DNA of 37,702 bases from a virus (IMGVR_UViG_2657245588_000004); one strand, 5' to 3'; counted from the first letter of the stretch, positions 1 through 9,587 are shown. Made by a program: numbers and translations. Notes: generated by a model not told the origin, from the letters alone.

Positions 1-1053
1 TTACGGGGTAATGCCAACCGCTGCCGCCACTTTGTCGCCACTTGGCAGCGTTGCCAGAGGATTGAAACGGAGCGCCGTTTCTAGATGATCCGGTGCCAGA
101 TGTGCGTAACGCATAGTCATTTTTATATCGTGGTGTCCGAGAATTTTTTGTAAGGCCAGAATGTTTCCACCCGACATCATGAAGTGCGCCGCAAACGTAT
201 GGCGCAGAACGTGTGTGAGTTGACCGCGAGGGAGCACGATAGACGTTTTTTCCATCACGGATAAAAATTGAAAATAGCAGTCTGTGAAGAAATTGAACCC
301 ATCAAGCGCCATGATCTCTTCGTAAAGCTCTTTACTGATAGGGATGCTTCTGTTTTTCTTCCCCTTCGTTCTGACAAAGGTAATTCGGTATTTGGTCACC
401 TGTGAGCGGGTAAGATTTACGGCTTCACGCCAGCGTGCGCCTGTGCTTAAGCATATCTTAACTACCAGTGCCAGAATTGGGTCCTGACGTTTGCAATCAG
501 CCAGCAATTCAACAATCTGCTCATGGGTAAGCCATGCCATCTCTTTTTCTGCGATGGTGAATTTTCGCATGTTCTCCAGTGGGTTCGGATACGACCATTC
601 GCCCAGACGGGATAGTTCGCTAAAAACACTACTTAGATAGCTTTGCTCCAGGTTAATGGTGACCGGGCTTGCTCCTTTCTTCCATTTCTCGCTGAAGTAG
701 ATCTCGCCTGTCAGGCGTTTATCTCGATAGTGGGCAAACATTTTAGAGGTGAGATCGGTTGCAAGAGGATTGCCCAGAGCGTCAACCATCAACAGCAATT
801 TGTCATAGACATGCTGCCCAGCTGTCAGAGATTTACCATGTAGTTTGAACCATAGCTCAACCACGTCTTTCAGTGTTCGACGATCCACTGATTCACCCAG
901 CCAGGGCTTTGCTTCGGTTTCTTCCATCGTGTGGCGCTCAAAAGCCAGTGCTTCGCCTTTGGTAGCGAATTGTTTACGCACACGACGCCCACTTCGTCCG
1001 GCGGGGTAACATTCGCAAAGCCATTTCCCTGTGGTTAGTTTTCGTACTGCCAT
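1..1053 (-). CDS. int: Phage integrase, tyrosine recombinase (P2/186 Int-like)
   Basis: 350 aa; C-terminal catalytic region with HxxR (LRHTFAAHF) and terminal HDIKMTMRYAHL motif; ATG at 1053. Confidence 0.9.
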   Translation of the reverse strand: MAVRKLTTGKWLCECYPAGRSGRRVRKQFATKGEALAFERHTMEETEAKPWLGESVDRRTLKDVVELWFKLHGKSLTAGQHVYDKLLLMVDALGNPLATDLTSKMFAHYRDKRLTGEIYFSEKWKKGASPVTINLEQSYLSSVFSELSRLGEWSYPNPLENMRKFTIAEKEMAWLTHEQIVELLADCKRQDPILALVVKICLSTGARWREAVNLTRSQVTKYRITFVRTKGKKNRSIPISKELYEEIMALDGFNFFTDCYFQFLSVMEKTSIVLPRGQLTHVLRHTFAAHFMMSGGNILALQKILGHHDIKMTMRYAHLAPDHLETALRFNPLATLPSGDKVAAAVGITP

Positions 1054-1057
1054 AAAA

Positions 1058-1078
1058 AGCCCTCATATCAGAGGGCTA
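1058..1078 (-). other. Hairpin (gccctc/gagggc stem) followed by a U-run on the minus strand, directly abutting the int start codon and containing its GAGGG Shine-Dalgarno
   Basis: Inverted repeat agccctc..gagggct read directly; minus-strand T-run immediately precedes int ATG. Function (terminator vs translational control) is inferred. Confidence 0.35.
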
Positions 1079-1135
1079 AATTTAACTGTATATGTAACCA
1101 GTAATCAATGTGTGATTACTATGAAACATACATTG

Positions 1136-2812
1136 CTAAGCAACATGTAGTTCATCGTTGGCGGAAGTGGCTGCTTTGCGCTCCTGCTCAATAGATAGAG
1201 ACTCTCTATATTCTTTCGCCTCTGCAAACATTGTCCAGTGGGCGTTGATGTTCATGTCTTCAATAACTGATTTGATTTCTTTTAAATTTACGTTAAAAAA
1301 CTCTTTTCGTGAGTTAATTTTATTGACCTGCTTTTCGTTGAAAACTTTATGCAGATGGTTTTCTAATGATGGTGCATCATCACTATAAATCATCGCATGA
1401 ACATCGAACGAAAAAGGAACACTAGCATCTCCGAGTTCACGAACACGATCAAGTGGTTCAAGGCGGCGTGTCATTCCAATTTTATATACATCTTCGCCAA
1501 ATGAACCAATATTACTAATGATATAGACGTGGCCTGATCTGGTTTGTTGAGCCATAGAAATAGCTCGTTGATTTTTAGCTTCAGCTTCTTCATATTTTAA
1601 CTGTAGTTCAGCTATTTTTTGCTCTAAAGCTAAGCGTTGTTCTTCATTTGCAAGCATAAGTTCTTTCGTTGCTTTATTTATAGCTTGCTGAATAGCTTTT
1701 TCTTCTTTTTCAGCTTCTTTTATCGCTTTTTCATATTCTCTACGAGCTCTTTCCTCTTCACGAAGCTGTTCTTTAATCCTTCTTTGCTCTTCTTTTTCTT
1801 CGAGCATAATTTCATTAACTGCTACACCCCATTTTAGCTCGTTGAGTCTTGCCTGAAGATAGATGTCACTTATTTTTGCGGACCTAAAGGCAGAGCCATT
1901 GTAATTTACTAGTTGAAATGCATCTTTTATTTCTTGGGAAAGTTTTCCAAAATTGTTGTGTTTGACTTTTGATAAAATACTGTCAACTCTTCCATTGAAG
2001 GCATCCAAAACAAAGTTTATGGCAGTATTACGCCTGTTTTGCTCAACATAATCACACGAAGCAGCTTTATTAGTTTTTATTAATGATTTGGTTAACTCTC
2101 TGGCTTTTTGTAATTCCTTGCCTGCATCTGTAAATTCATAATTTTCTGCCAGCTCATCAAGTACACTACGGTTAGGGATGATCCATTCATCACCATAACC
2201 TTCAATTTTATTTTTCATTGATTTTGCAACTGCTTCATATTTTTCTGCAAACTCTTTAGCTTCATATGCTGAACCAGCAATCTCCTTTGCTCTTTCTTCT
2301 GCATCAGAAATAATTTTTACTGCATTGTCATTAGCATTTGAGATTAGCTCATTTGCTTTATTATTAGCATTATCAAGACGTTCTTTGGCTTTCAGGCGTG
2401 CATCGCGAGCGTCTTTGGTGATTGCTATAGCTTCGCTATTAGCGTTGCTTATTGTCATCTGAGCTTGATAATTTGCTTCGTTTACTGTTTTAGCCGCCTT
2501 AATTTGGGCTTCATCTATTTTTTGCTTGGCTATTGAGTCCGCATTTTTTATCTTATTCTCTGCATCCATTACTGCGCTGTGCAATTCTTCGTATTGCCAC
2601 AATGGTGCTGCTCGCCCTTCAAGCTCTGATAATTCTCGTACGGTCTGTGCTAGTTTTTCTTGATTTTCAATCAGTTGGTTAGAAAGGGCTATGTTGTTAG
2701 CTGTCAGGTTATCTATAGCCGCTTTGTGTTTTTTACTTTGTTTAAATAATATTACAGCTAGAACAGGGGCGAGAAATGCTAATAAGAGTATAACGATGGC
2801 AAATGAATTCAT
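1136..2812 (-). CDS. Accessory protein: N-terminal TM helix, long coiled-coil, central DUF4041-like region, C-terminal GIY-YIG (T5orf172-type) nuclease-like domain
   Basis: 558 aa; hydrophobic N-terminus MNSFAIVILLLAFLAPVLAVILF; E/K/A-rich heptad-like stretches; C-terminus GHVYIISN..(10)..VYKIGMTRR fits the GIY-x10-YIG pattern; visibly AT-rich versus flanks. Family assignment from memory of motifs, not a search. Confidence 0.7.
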   Translation of the reverse strand: MNSFAIVILLLAFLAPVLAVILFKQSKKHKAAIDNLTANNIALSNQLIENQEKLAQTVRELSELEGRAAPLWQYEELHSAVMDAENKIKNADSIAKQKIDEAQIKAAKTVNEANYQAQMTISNANSEAIAITKDARDARLKAKERLDNANNKANELISNANDNAVKIISDAEERAKEIAGSAYEAKEFAEKYEAVAKSMKNKIEGYGDEWIIPNRSVLDELAENYEFTDAGKELQKARELTKSLIKTNKAASCDYVEQNRRNTAINFVLDAFNGRVDSILSKVKHNNFGKLSQEIKDAFQLVNYNGSAFRSAKISDIYLQARLNELKWGVAVNEIMLEEKEEQRRIKEQLREEERARREYEKAIKEAEKEEKAIQQAINKATKELMLANEEQRLALEQKIAELQLKYEEAEAKNQRAISMAQQTRSGHVYIISNIGSFGEDVYKIGMTRRLEPLDRVRELGDASVPFSFDVHAMIYSDDAPSLENHLHKVFNEKQVNKINSRKEFFNVNLKEIKSVIEDMNINAHWTMFAEAKEYRESLSIEQERKAATSANDELHVA

Positions 2813-2832
2813 TTTAAAATCCTTTTACTATA

Positions 2833-3429
2833 TTAATTCGAGACTATTGTACTTCTTATACAAGCAACCACTTCAATATCAGAAAATGCACATTCAAAGC
2901 TATTCTCTGCTGTTGTAATTTTAATCATTCCTTTAGGAAGCCTTGTGATTTTTCGAATGGAATAGGTTCCGTCGATATTGATTAACCAGTTTCCATCAAG
3001 TACTTCAGAAAATTTTTGATCACAAATGTATGTGACGAGTCCATCCTGAACAACAATTGGTGATGAAAGGTTTGCAGGAAGAAATGATGAATCGAAGACA
3101 TATGAACCGTCTTCAATCATTTTGCCTGCGGCAAGGCGAAACTTAACAAGCTCTTCTGTAGCTGCTGTCAGCGAGCTTTGCTTAAGGCCTTGTCCGGTAG
3201 TTAACCATTTGAGGGAGGTTCCTGTTTCAAGAGCACATTGGATTATCCAGTCAGCAGGAAATGTATCCCGCAAATACCTGTTCGCTAGTGTGCTTTTTGA
3301 TACTTCCAAGTGATCAGCTAAAGCCTGTCGTGTCGTAAAGCCATAGGCTTCGACTAATCGCTCAATCGCAGCCTTACCACCTTTATTGGGATTTATTTTG
3401 ATCTCACTTGGGTACTTTGATGTTGACAT
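2833..3429 (-). CDS. cI: CI-like lysogeny repressor (186-type, N-terminal HTH)
   Basis: 198 aa; HTH-like segment FTTRQALADHLEVSKSTLANRY; position between int and divergent Apl/CII genes. Confidence 0.75.
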   Translation of the reverse strand: MSTSKYPSEIKINPNKGGKAAIERLVEAYGFTTRQALADHLEVSKSTLANRYLRDTFPADWIIQCALETGTSLKWLTTGQGLKQSSLTAATEELVKFRLAAGKMIEDGSYVFDSSFLPANLSSPIVVQDGLVTYICDQKFSEVLDGNWLINIDGTYSIRKITRLPKGMIKITTAENSFECAFSDIEVVACIRSTIVSN

Positions 3430-3451
3430 ATCTCTTTTGCGATCCTAGTAT
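3423..3451 (+). promoter_or_regulatory. Candidate rightward early promoter (-35 TTGACA 3423-3428, -10 TAGTAT 3446-3451, 17-bp spacer)
   Basis: Hexamers read directly from sequence; assignment as pR-like is inference. Confidence 0.4.
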
Positions 3452-3458
3452 CAGTTTT

Positions 3459-3474
3459 GTACCCAATTGGGTAC
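3459..3474. promoter_or_regulatory. Perfect 16-bp palindrome GTACCCAATTGGGTAC, candidate repressor operator; extra TTGGGTAC half-site copy at 3408-3415
   Basis: Palindrome read directly; lies just downstream of the candidate -10 in the cI/apl divergent region. Confidence 0.45.
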
Positions 3475-3525
3475 TTGTCACGATTACTACAGGCTCACCA
3501 CAAGCCAATAGGAGATGTTGCATCA

Positions 3526-3746
3526 TGACCCCTAACATTTCAATAACTCTGAATACGCCACACGTCACAATCGAGCGTTATAGCGAACTTACTGGTCTTT
3601 CAATCGACACAATCAACGATATGTTGGCGGATGGTCGCATTCCTCGGCATCGTCTTCGTAAAGACAAGAAAAGAGAAAAGGTAATGATCAACCTTGCTGC
3701 TCTTACCGTTGATGCACTTACTGATTGCAATGTTGTATTCAACTAG
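3526..3746 (+). CDS. Apl/Cox-like small HTH excisionase/regulator
   Basis: 73 aa from ATG 3526 with upstream AGGAG; HTH-like [22 protein letters not shown]; first gene of the rightward operon. ORF-track start 3408 is upstream of a plausible RBS. Confidence 0.55.
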
Positions 3747-3778
3747 TTCCATTTTGGGATACATCAGAGGTGTCGACC

Positions 3779-4288
3779 ATGTTTGATTACCAAGTTTCCA
3801 AACATCCACATTTTGATGAAGCCTGTCGTGCATTCGCACTGCGCCACAATCTGGTGCAACTGGCAGAACGTGCGGGCATGAATGTGCAGATTCTGCGGAA
3901 CAAGCTGAACCCAGCTCAACCTCATTTATTAACCGCACCAGAAATCTGGCTGCTTACCGATCTGACTGAAGATTCAACGTTGGTAGATGGTTTTCTGGCA
4001 CAGATTCATTGTCTGCCATGTGTACCGATTAATGAGGTAGCAAAAGAGAAACTGCCGCATTACGTCATGAGCGCAACTGCAGAGATCGGGCGTGTTGCAG
4101 CAGGTGCGGTATCTGGTGATGTAAAAACTAGTGCCGGTCGTCGTGATGCTATCAGCAGCATTAACTCTGTAACACGACTGATGGCGCTGGCTGCTGTTTC
4201 ATTGCAAGCCCGTTTACAGGCTAATCCTGCGATGGCGAGTGCAGTTGATACCATGACTGGCCTTGGTGCTTCATTCGGTTTGCTGTGA
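3779..4288 (+). CDS. cII: CII-like lysogeny establishment regulator (186 CII-like)
   Basis: 169 aa from ATG 3779 ([19 protein letters not shown]...); length and position fit 186 CII; similarity is recalled from memory. Confidence 0.7.
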   Translation: MFDYQVSKHPHFDEACRAFALRHNLVQLAERAGMNVQILRNKLNPAQPHLLTAPEIWLLTDLTEDSTLVDGFLAQIHCLPCVPINEVAKEKLPHYVMSATAEIGRVAAGAVSGDVKTSAGRRDAISSINSVTRLMALAAVSLQARLQANPAMASAVDTMTGLGASFGLL

Positions 4289-4295
4289 GGTGTTT

Positions 4296-4592
4296 ATGCT
4301 GACGAAAGAACCATCATTTGCATCGCTGCTGGTAAAACAAAGCCCGGCAATGCACTACGGTCACGGCTGGATCACGGGTGAGGATGGAAAACGCTGGCAT
4401 CCATGTCATTCACAAGATGAATTGCTGTCTGAATTGACCACGAGGAAACGGAGAAAGTCCAAATGTATGCGGCAGAAAGTGAAGTGGTTTATCAGTTTCG
4501 TTACAGAGGGGAGAGTTATTCAGTACCTGAAGATGATTTGCTCTGTTGCTATCCGTCATTGTCGGGCGATGGCAGTTACTTTTTCACGTTAA
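4296..4592 (+). CDS. Hypothetical small early protein (overlaps next ORF in another frame)
   Basis: ATG 4296 with GAGG upstream; overlaps cII stop; basic C-terminus. One of this and the 4463 ORF may be spurious. Confidence 0.3.
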   Translation: MLTKEPSFASLLVKQSPAMHYGHGWITGEDGKRWHPCHSQDELLSELTTRKRRKSKCMRQKVKWFISFVTEGRVIQYLKMICSVAIRHCRAMAVTFSR

Positions 4593-4687
4593 AGGATGGG
4601 ACGTTTTTACGGGGAGAGCAGGTTAAAGAGACGATACGAAAAAATGTATCTCCTCTTGAGCGTTACCGTAAGAACAAAGAACGATAG
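4463..4687 (+). CDS. Hypothetical small early protein
   Basis: 74 aa; ATG 4463 preceded by GGAG at about 9 nt. Confidence 0.35.
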   Translation: MYAAESEVVYQFRYRGESYSVPEDDLLCCYPSLSGDGSYFFTLKDGTFLRGEQVKETIRKNVSPLERYRKNKER

Positions 4688-4709
4688 CTGCGTTTGGGGG
4701 ATATGAAGT

Positions 4710-5051
4710 ATGGCAATTAATGGCGCTGCAGCAACTGTTCCATTAAGCCCCGGTGAACGCCTGAATGGACTTAATCACATTGCGGAGTTAAGGGCGAAAG
4801 TTTTTGGCCTGAATATTGAGTCAGAGCTTGAGCGGTTTATTAAAGATATGCGTGATCCACGGGATATCAATAATGAACAAAATAAACGGGCACTGGCTGC
4901 CATATTCTTTATGGCAAAAATTCCAGCTGAACGTCATAGCATCAGCATTAATGAGCTGACCACTGACGAAAAGCGGGAGCTGATTAAAGCAATGAATCAT
5001 TTTCGTGCAGTGGTGAGCTTATTTCCCAGACGGCTAACCATGCCGAATTAA
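4710..5051 (+). CDS. Hypothetical early protein
   Basis: 113 aa; ATG 4710; no recognisable motif. Confidence 0.5.
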   Translation: MAINGAAATVPLSPGERLNGLNHIAELRAKVFGLNIESELERFIKDMRDPRDINNEQNKRALAAIFFMAKIPAERHSISINELTTDEKRELIKAMNHFRAVVSLFPRRLTMPN

Positions 5052-5118
5052 CCAACTAATGAAATTAATGGCGTAAACCCGCCGGGCATCCCTTTATCTA
5101 AATTCAGGAGAATTGATT

Positions 5119-5352
5119 ATGCGTAATATTGAAACCCTCACGACTAAAACCGGACCGGATGACGCAGGGCTTAATATTTTACTGACAGAGGCTCGTCTGG
5201 AAGAACGCCGGGCAAGGGCTGAAGCAATGGCTGCTCGCCTTGATAGCCTGGCGTGTCATATCTCATCCCGCCAGCTAAACCACGTGGAAGCGGCAGAACT
5301 GCTGCGCGTGACTGCTGAAGCAATCCAGAACGAAGCGCAGGAGATCCACTAA
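5119..5352 (+). CDS. Hypothetical early protein
   Basis: ATG 5119 preceded by AGGAG (5106-5110); track start 5113 is TTG. Confidence 0.5.
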   Translation: MRNIETLTTKTGPDDAGLNILLTEARLEERRARAEAMAARLDSLACHISSRQLNHVEAAELLRVTAEAIQNEAQEIH

Positions 5353-5579
5353 TGGCTGATGCAATGGATCTCGTACAGCAGCGCGTTGAAGAAGAACGCC
5401 AGCGCCATATCCGTGCAGCCCGTGCCAAATCACCGGGCGTGTCACGCGTACTTTGCATTGAATGTGAAGCGCCAATTCCGCCAGCACGACGCCGCGCCAT
5501 TCCGGGAGTGCAGCTTTGCATTACCTGTCAGGAAATCGCAGAACTGAAAGGCAAACATTACAACGGAGGTGCTGTATGA
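5352..5579 (+). CDS. TraR/DksA-family C4 zinc-finger protein
   Basis: 75 aa; CIECEAPIPP...(~20 aa)...CITCQE four-cysteine pattern; stop overlaps Dam start (ATGA). Confidence 0.7.
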   Translation: MADAMDLVQQRVEEERQRHIRAARAKSPGVSRVLCIECEAPIPPARRRAIPGVQLCITCQEIAELKGKHYNGGAV

Positions 5580-6433
5580 GCACTATCCTGAAATGGGCGG
5601 GAAATAAAACCGCCATTATGCCAGAACTGAAAAAATACCTTCCTGCTGGCCCGCGACTGGTTGAACCTTTCGCGGGTTCCTGTGCTGTGATGATGGAAAC
5701 GGATTATCCCAGCTATCTGGTTGCGGATATTAATCCTGATTTAATCAACCTCTATAAAAAGGTTGCCGCTGATTGTGAATCGTTTATATCTCGCGCCAGA
5801 GTTTTATTTGAGATCGCAAACAGGGAGGTGGCTTATTACAACATAAGGCAGGAGTTTAACTGCTCAACTGAAATTACTGATTTCATGAAAGCGGTATATT
5901 TCCTGTATCTCAATCGTCACGGTTACCGTGGTTTATGTCGCTATAACAAGAGCGGGCATTTCAACATTCCCTACGGTAATTATAAAAATCCGTATTTCCC
6001 TGAAAAAGAACTTCGCACATTTGCAGAAAAAGCCCAGCGAGCAACGTTTATCTGCGCCAGCTTTGATGAAACGCTGGCGATGTTGAAGGCGGGAGATGTG
6101 GTGTATTGCGATCCGCCATATGACGGTACGTTTTCCGGCTATCACACTGATGGTTTCACTGAAGATGACCAGTATCACCTGGCATCCGTTCTTGAACATC
6201 GGTCATCAGAAGGACATCCGGTCATTGTTTCTAACAGTGACACATCCCTGATCCGTTCGCTGTATCGCAATTTTACTCACCACTATATCAAGGTAAAACG
6301 CAGCATCGGTGTGGCAGCTGGCGAGGGTAAATCAGCAACAGAAATCATTGCTGTTTCCGGGCCGCGCTGCTGGATGGGATTTGATTATTCGCGTGGCGTG
6401 GATAGTTCTGCCGTGTACGGAGTACGTGCATGA
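5576..6433 (+). CDS. dam: DNA adenine methyltransferase (Dam-like, N6-A MTase)
   Basis: 285 aa from ATG 5576 with GGAGG upstream; N-terminal LKWAGNK and catalytic DPPY motif (CDPPYDGT). Confidence 0.85.
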   Translation: MSTILKWAGNKTAIMPELKKYLPAGPRLVEPFAGSCAVMMETDYPSYLVADINPDLINLYKKVAADCESFISRARVLFEIANREVAYYNIRQEFNCSTEITDFMKAVYFLYLNRHGYRGLCRYNKSGHFNIPYGNYKNPYFPEKELRTFAEKAQRATFICASFDETLAMLKAGDVVYCDPPYDGTFSGYHTDGFTEDDQYHLASVLEHRSSEGHPVIVSNSDTSLIRSLYRNFTHHYIKVKRSIGVAAGEGKSATEIIAVSGPRCWMGFDYSRGVDSSAVYGVRA

Positions 6434-8841
6434 GTCATGCCGATATGAACAAGTGCTGCGGCTTTAACGAGGCTGCCGCAGCATTCTCATGGAACAGCCC
6501 GAAAAAGGCCATTAACCCTTATCTGGACCCGGCGGAAGTTGCGCCGGTTTCTACGCTTTCAAACCTGATCACTCTGTACGCTGCCGATAACGAGCAGGAA
6601 CAGTTGCGCCGCGAGGCACTGAGTGATCAGGTCTGGGAGCGTTATTTCTTTAATGAATCACGTGATCCTGTCCAGCGCGAAATGGAGCAGGATAAGCTCA
6701 TTAGCCGGGCAAAGCTGGCGCATGAGCAGCAGCGTTTTAATTCAGACATGGTCATTCTGGCGGACGTCAACGCCCAGCCTTCCAATATCAGCAAGCCGCT
6801 GATGCAACGTATTGAATACTTCAGCAGCCTGGGCAGGCCAAAGGCTTATTCCCGCTATTTACGTGAGACGATTAAGCCATGTCTGGAACGACTGGAGCAT
6901 GTACGCGACAGTCAGCTATCTGCATCTTTTCGCTTTATGGCAAGCCATGAAGGGCTGGACGGCCTGCTGATCCTGCCTGAAATGAGTCAGGATCAGGTGA
7001 AACGCCTGTCCACCCTGGTAGCTGCGCATATGAGTATGTGCCTTGATGCAGCTTGTGGTGATTTGTATGCCACCGATGACGTTAAGCCAGAAGAAATCCG
7101 CAAGACATGGGAAAAGGTGGCAGCGGAAACCCTGCGTCTGGATGTCATCCCACCTGCGTTTGAGCAACTCCGTCGGAAAAGAAACCGCCGTAAACCCGTG
7201 CCCTATGAACTCATTCCGGGTTCGCTGGCGCGTATGTTGTGCGCCGACTGGTGGTATCGGAAATTATGGAAGATGCGTTGCGAATGGCGGGAAGAGCAGT
7301 TGCGCGCTGTTTGCCTGGTCAGCAAAAAAGCATCTCCTTATGTCAGCTATGAAGCCGTGATGCATAAACGTGAGCAGCGCCGTAAGTCGCTGGAGTTTTT
7401 CCGTTCTCATGAACTGGTGAACGAAGACGGCGACACGCTGGACATGGAGGATGTGGTAAACGCCAGCAGCAGCAACCCTGCGCATCGCCGCAATGAGATG
7501 ATGGCCTGTGTTAAAGGTCTGGAGCTTATCGCGGAAATGCGCGGTGACTGCGCCGTTTTCTACACTATCACCTGTCCGTCGCGTTTCCATTCCACGCTAA
7601 ATAACGGCAGACCAAACCCGACCTGGACAAACGCGACGGTAAGACAAAGCAGCGATTATCTGGTCGGCATGTTTGCTGCATTTCGTAAGGCGATGCACAA
7701 AGCCGGGTTGCGCTGGTATGGCGTGCGGGTGGCTGAGCCGCATCATGATGGCACAGTTCACTGGCACCTGTTGTGTTTCATGCGCAAAAAAGACCGCCGT
7801 GCCATCACTGCATTACTGCGTAAGTTTGCCATCCGTGAAGACCGCGAGGAGCTGGGCAATAACACTGGGCCGCGCTTTAAGTCTGAGTTGATTAACCCGC
7901 GCAAAGGAACGCCGACAAGCTACATCGCGAAATATATCAGTAAGAACATTGACGGTCGTGGTCTGGCTGGCGAGATCAGCAAGGAAACGGGTAAATCTCT
8001 GCGTGATAACGCTGAATACGTGAATGCCTGGGCGTCTCTGCATCGTGTTCAGCAATTCCGCTTCTTTGGTATTCCGGGGCGTCAGGCTTACCGTGAACTT
8101 CGCTTGCTGGCTGGTCAGGCGGCAAGGCAACAGGGTGACAAAAAAGCAGGTGCGCCGGTACTGGATAACCCGCGTCTTGATGCCATTCTGGCTGCTGCTG
8201 ATGCTGGTTGTTTTGCCACCTACATCATGAAGCAGGGCGGCGTACTGGTTCCCCGTAAATATCACCTCATCAGAACCGCTTATGAAATCAACGAAGAGCC
8301 GACCGCCTATGGCGATCACGGCATTCGTATTTATGGCATCTGGTCACCCATTGCAGAGGGCAAGATCTGCACTCATGCAGTGAAGTGGAAAATGGTTCGT
8401 AAAGCCGTTGACGTTCAGGAGGCGGCAGCCCAGGGCGCTTGCGCCCCTTGGACTCGTGGCAATAACTGTCCCCTTGCTGAAAATTTGAACCAACAGGAGA
8501 AAGATAAATCAGCTGATGGGGACCCCAGAACGGACATTACCAGCATGGATGACAAGGAGTTGCACGATTACCTGCACAGTATGAACAAAAAAGAGCGCCG
8601 GGAACTGGCTGCAAGGTTACGCCTGGTGAAACCGAAACGGCGTAAAGACTACAAACAGCGAATTACAGACCATCAGCGACTGCAGCTCGTGTATGAGCTG
8701 AAGTCCAGAGGATTTGATGGCAGCGAGAAAGAGGTCGATTTACTCCTTCGCGGAGGCAGTATTCCGTCAGGAGCAGGCCTGCGTATCTTCTATCGGAACC
8801 AGCGTTTGCAAGAAGATGATCAGTGGCGGAACCTGTATTAA
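6430..8841 (+). CDS. A: Replication initiation endonuclease (P2 gpA-like, rolling-circle HUH)
   Basis: 803 aa; HUH-like VHWHLL and tyrosine motif YIAKYISK; position after early operon. Confidence 0.85.
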   Translation: MSHADMNKCCGFNEAAAAFSWNSPKKAINPYLDPAEVAPVSTLSNLITLYAADNEQEQLRREALSDQVWERYFFNESRDPVQREMEQDKLISRAKLAHEQQRFNSDMVILADVNAQPSNISKPLMQRIEYFSSLGRPKAYSRYLRETIKPCLERLEHVRDSQLSASFRFMASHEGLDGLLILPEMSQDQVKRLSTLVAAHMSMCLDAACGDLYATDDVKPEEIRKTWEKVAAETLRLDVIPPAFEQLRRKRNRRKPVPYELIPGSLARMLCADWWYRKLWKMRCEWREEQLRAVCLVSKKASPYVSYEAVMHKREQRRKSLEFFRSHELVNEDGDTLDMEDVVNASSSNPAHRRNEMMACVKGLELIAEMRGDCAVFYTITCPSRFHSTLNNGRPNPTWTNATVRQSSDYLVGMFAAFRKAMHKAGLRWYGVRVAEPHHDGTVHWHLLCFMRKKDRRAITALLRKFAIREDREELGNNTGPRFKSELINPRKGTPTSYIAKYISKNIDGRGLAGEISKETGKSLRDNAEYVNAWASLHRVQQFRFFGIPGRQAYRELRLLAGQAARQQGDKKAGAPVLDNPRLDAILAAADAGCFATYIMKQGGVLVPRKYHLIRTAYEINEEPTAYGDHGIRIYGIWSPIAEGKICTHAVKWKMVRKAVDVQEAAAQGACAPWTRGNNCPLAENLNQQEKDKSADGDPRTDITSMDDKELHDYLHSMNKKERRELAARLRLVKPKRRKDYKQRITDHQRLQLVYELKSRGFDGSEKEVDLLLRGGSIPSGAGLRIFYRNQRLQEDDQWRNLY

Positions 8842-8933
8842 TTACGCGGGTTAACAATTCGTGCTCTTTATAATACCAGGCATATCAGGCTGATGAACGT
8901 AAAAAAACGTTTTACATCAGTAAGATTATTATA

Positions 8934-8953
8934 TACTGTAAATATAAACAGTG
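8934..8953. promoter_or_regulatory. LexA (SOS) box TACTGTAAATATAAACAGTG
   Basis: CTGT-N8-ACAG read directly, 17 of 20 matches to the E. coli consensus TACTGTATATATATACAGTA; about 40 bp upstream of the next ORF. Confidence 0.6.
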
Positions 8954-8994
8954 GTTATGCGTACAGTATTGCGTGTGGTGTCATAGGAGGAAAG

Positions 8995-9183
8995 ATGCAG
9001 GACTATTTTTTGGAGTCTTTGAAGCTCCAGCGCATTGATTTTTTTCTTAAGCTTGTAGCGGCTAGTGAGTGTAGTGATGAAGAGAAGGGGCTGGCTCTGC
9101 AGTGGGTTTCTGAATTGACTGATGAACTCATGGCAAAAATCAGAACCCACGAATACAACCGCTCAATGGATGTCATCAGCTGA
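8995..9183 (+). CDS. Small SOS-module protein, possible Tum-like antirepressor N-terminal part
   Basis: 62 aa from ATG 8995 with AGGAGG upstream, downstream of the LexA box; function inferred from position only. Confidence 0.4.
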   Translation: MQDYFLESLKLQRIDFFLKLVAASECSDEEKGLALQWVSELTDELMAKIRTHEYNRSMDVIS

Positions 9184-9193
9184 GGTGACTTTT

Positions 9194-9427
9194 ATGCGCA
9201 TTGAAATAATGATCGATAAAGAGCAGAAGATTAGCCAGTCTACCCTGGACGCCCTTGAATCCGAGCTTTACCGCAATCTGCGCCCCCTGTATCCCAAAAC
9301 GGTAATTCGCATTCGCAAAGGTAGCTCTAACGGTGTGGAACTAACCGGACTGCAACTGGACGAAGAAAGAAAACAAGTGATGAAAATTATGCAGAAGGTG
9401 TGGGAAGACGACAGCTGGCTGCATTAA
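9194..9427 (+). CDS. DinI-family protein
   Basis: 77 aa; MRIEIMIDKEQ...IRKGSSNGVELTG...WEDDSWL resembles DinI (recalled); GAGGTGA RBS. Confidence 0.65.
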   Translation: MRIEIMIDKEQKISQSTLDALESELYRNLRPLYPKTVIRIRKGSSNGVELTGLQLDEERKQVMKIMQKVWEDDSWLH

Positions 9428-9562
9428 GAAACGTTGCTGGCGTCTGAACTTGCTTCTGGCGTCAGCAAGGTTGAACAACGAGCCCTTGCGAGGCGTTAGC
9501 TCTGTAGTGCATGTCTATGCCGCATGAGATCGCATGATCGTTTGAGGATCGTTTTTGCTAAG

Positions 9563-9587
9563 GCCCGCCAGAACTGGCGGGCTTTTG
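9563..9587 (+). terminator. Rho-independent terminator (gcccgccagaactggcgggc + TTTT)
   Basis: GC-rich inverted repeat followed by T-run, read directly. Confidence 0.5.

Noticed and set aside
643-843. 66-aa plus-strand ORF inside int
   Set aside because: Antisense within the integrase gene; no support.
8851-8874. TTAACA ... TATAAT promoter-like hexamers downstream of gene A
   Set aside because: Spacer is only about 12 bp, so not a credible sigma70 promoter as drawn; the LexA-box region further downstream is a better candidate for the SOS-module promoter.
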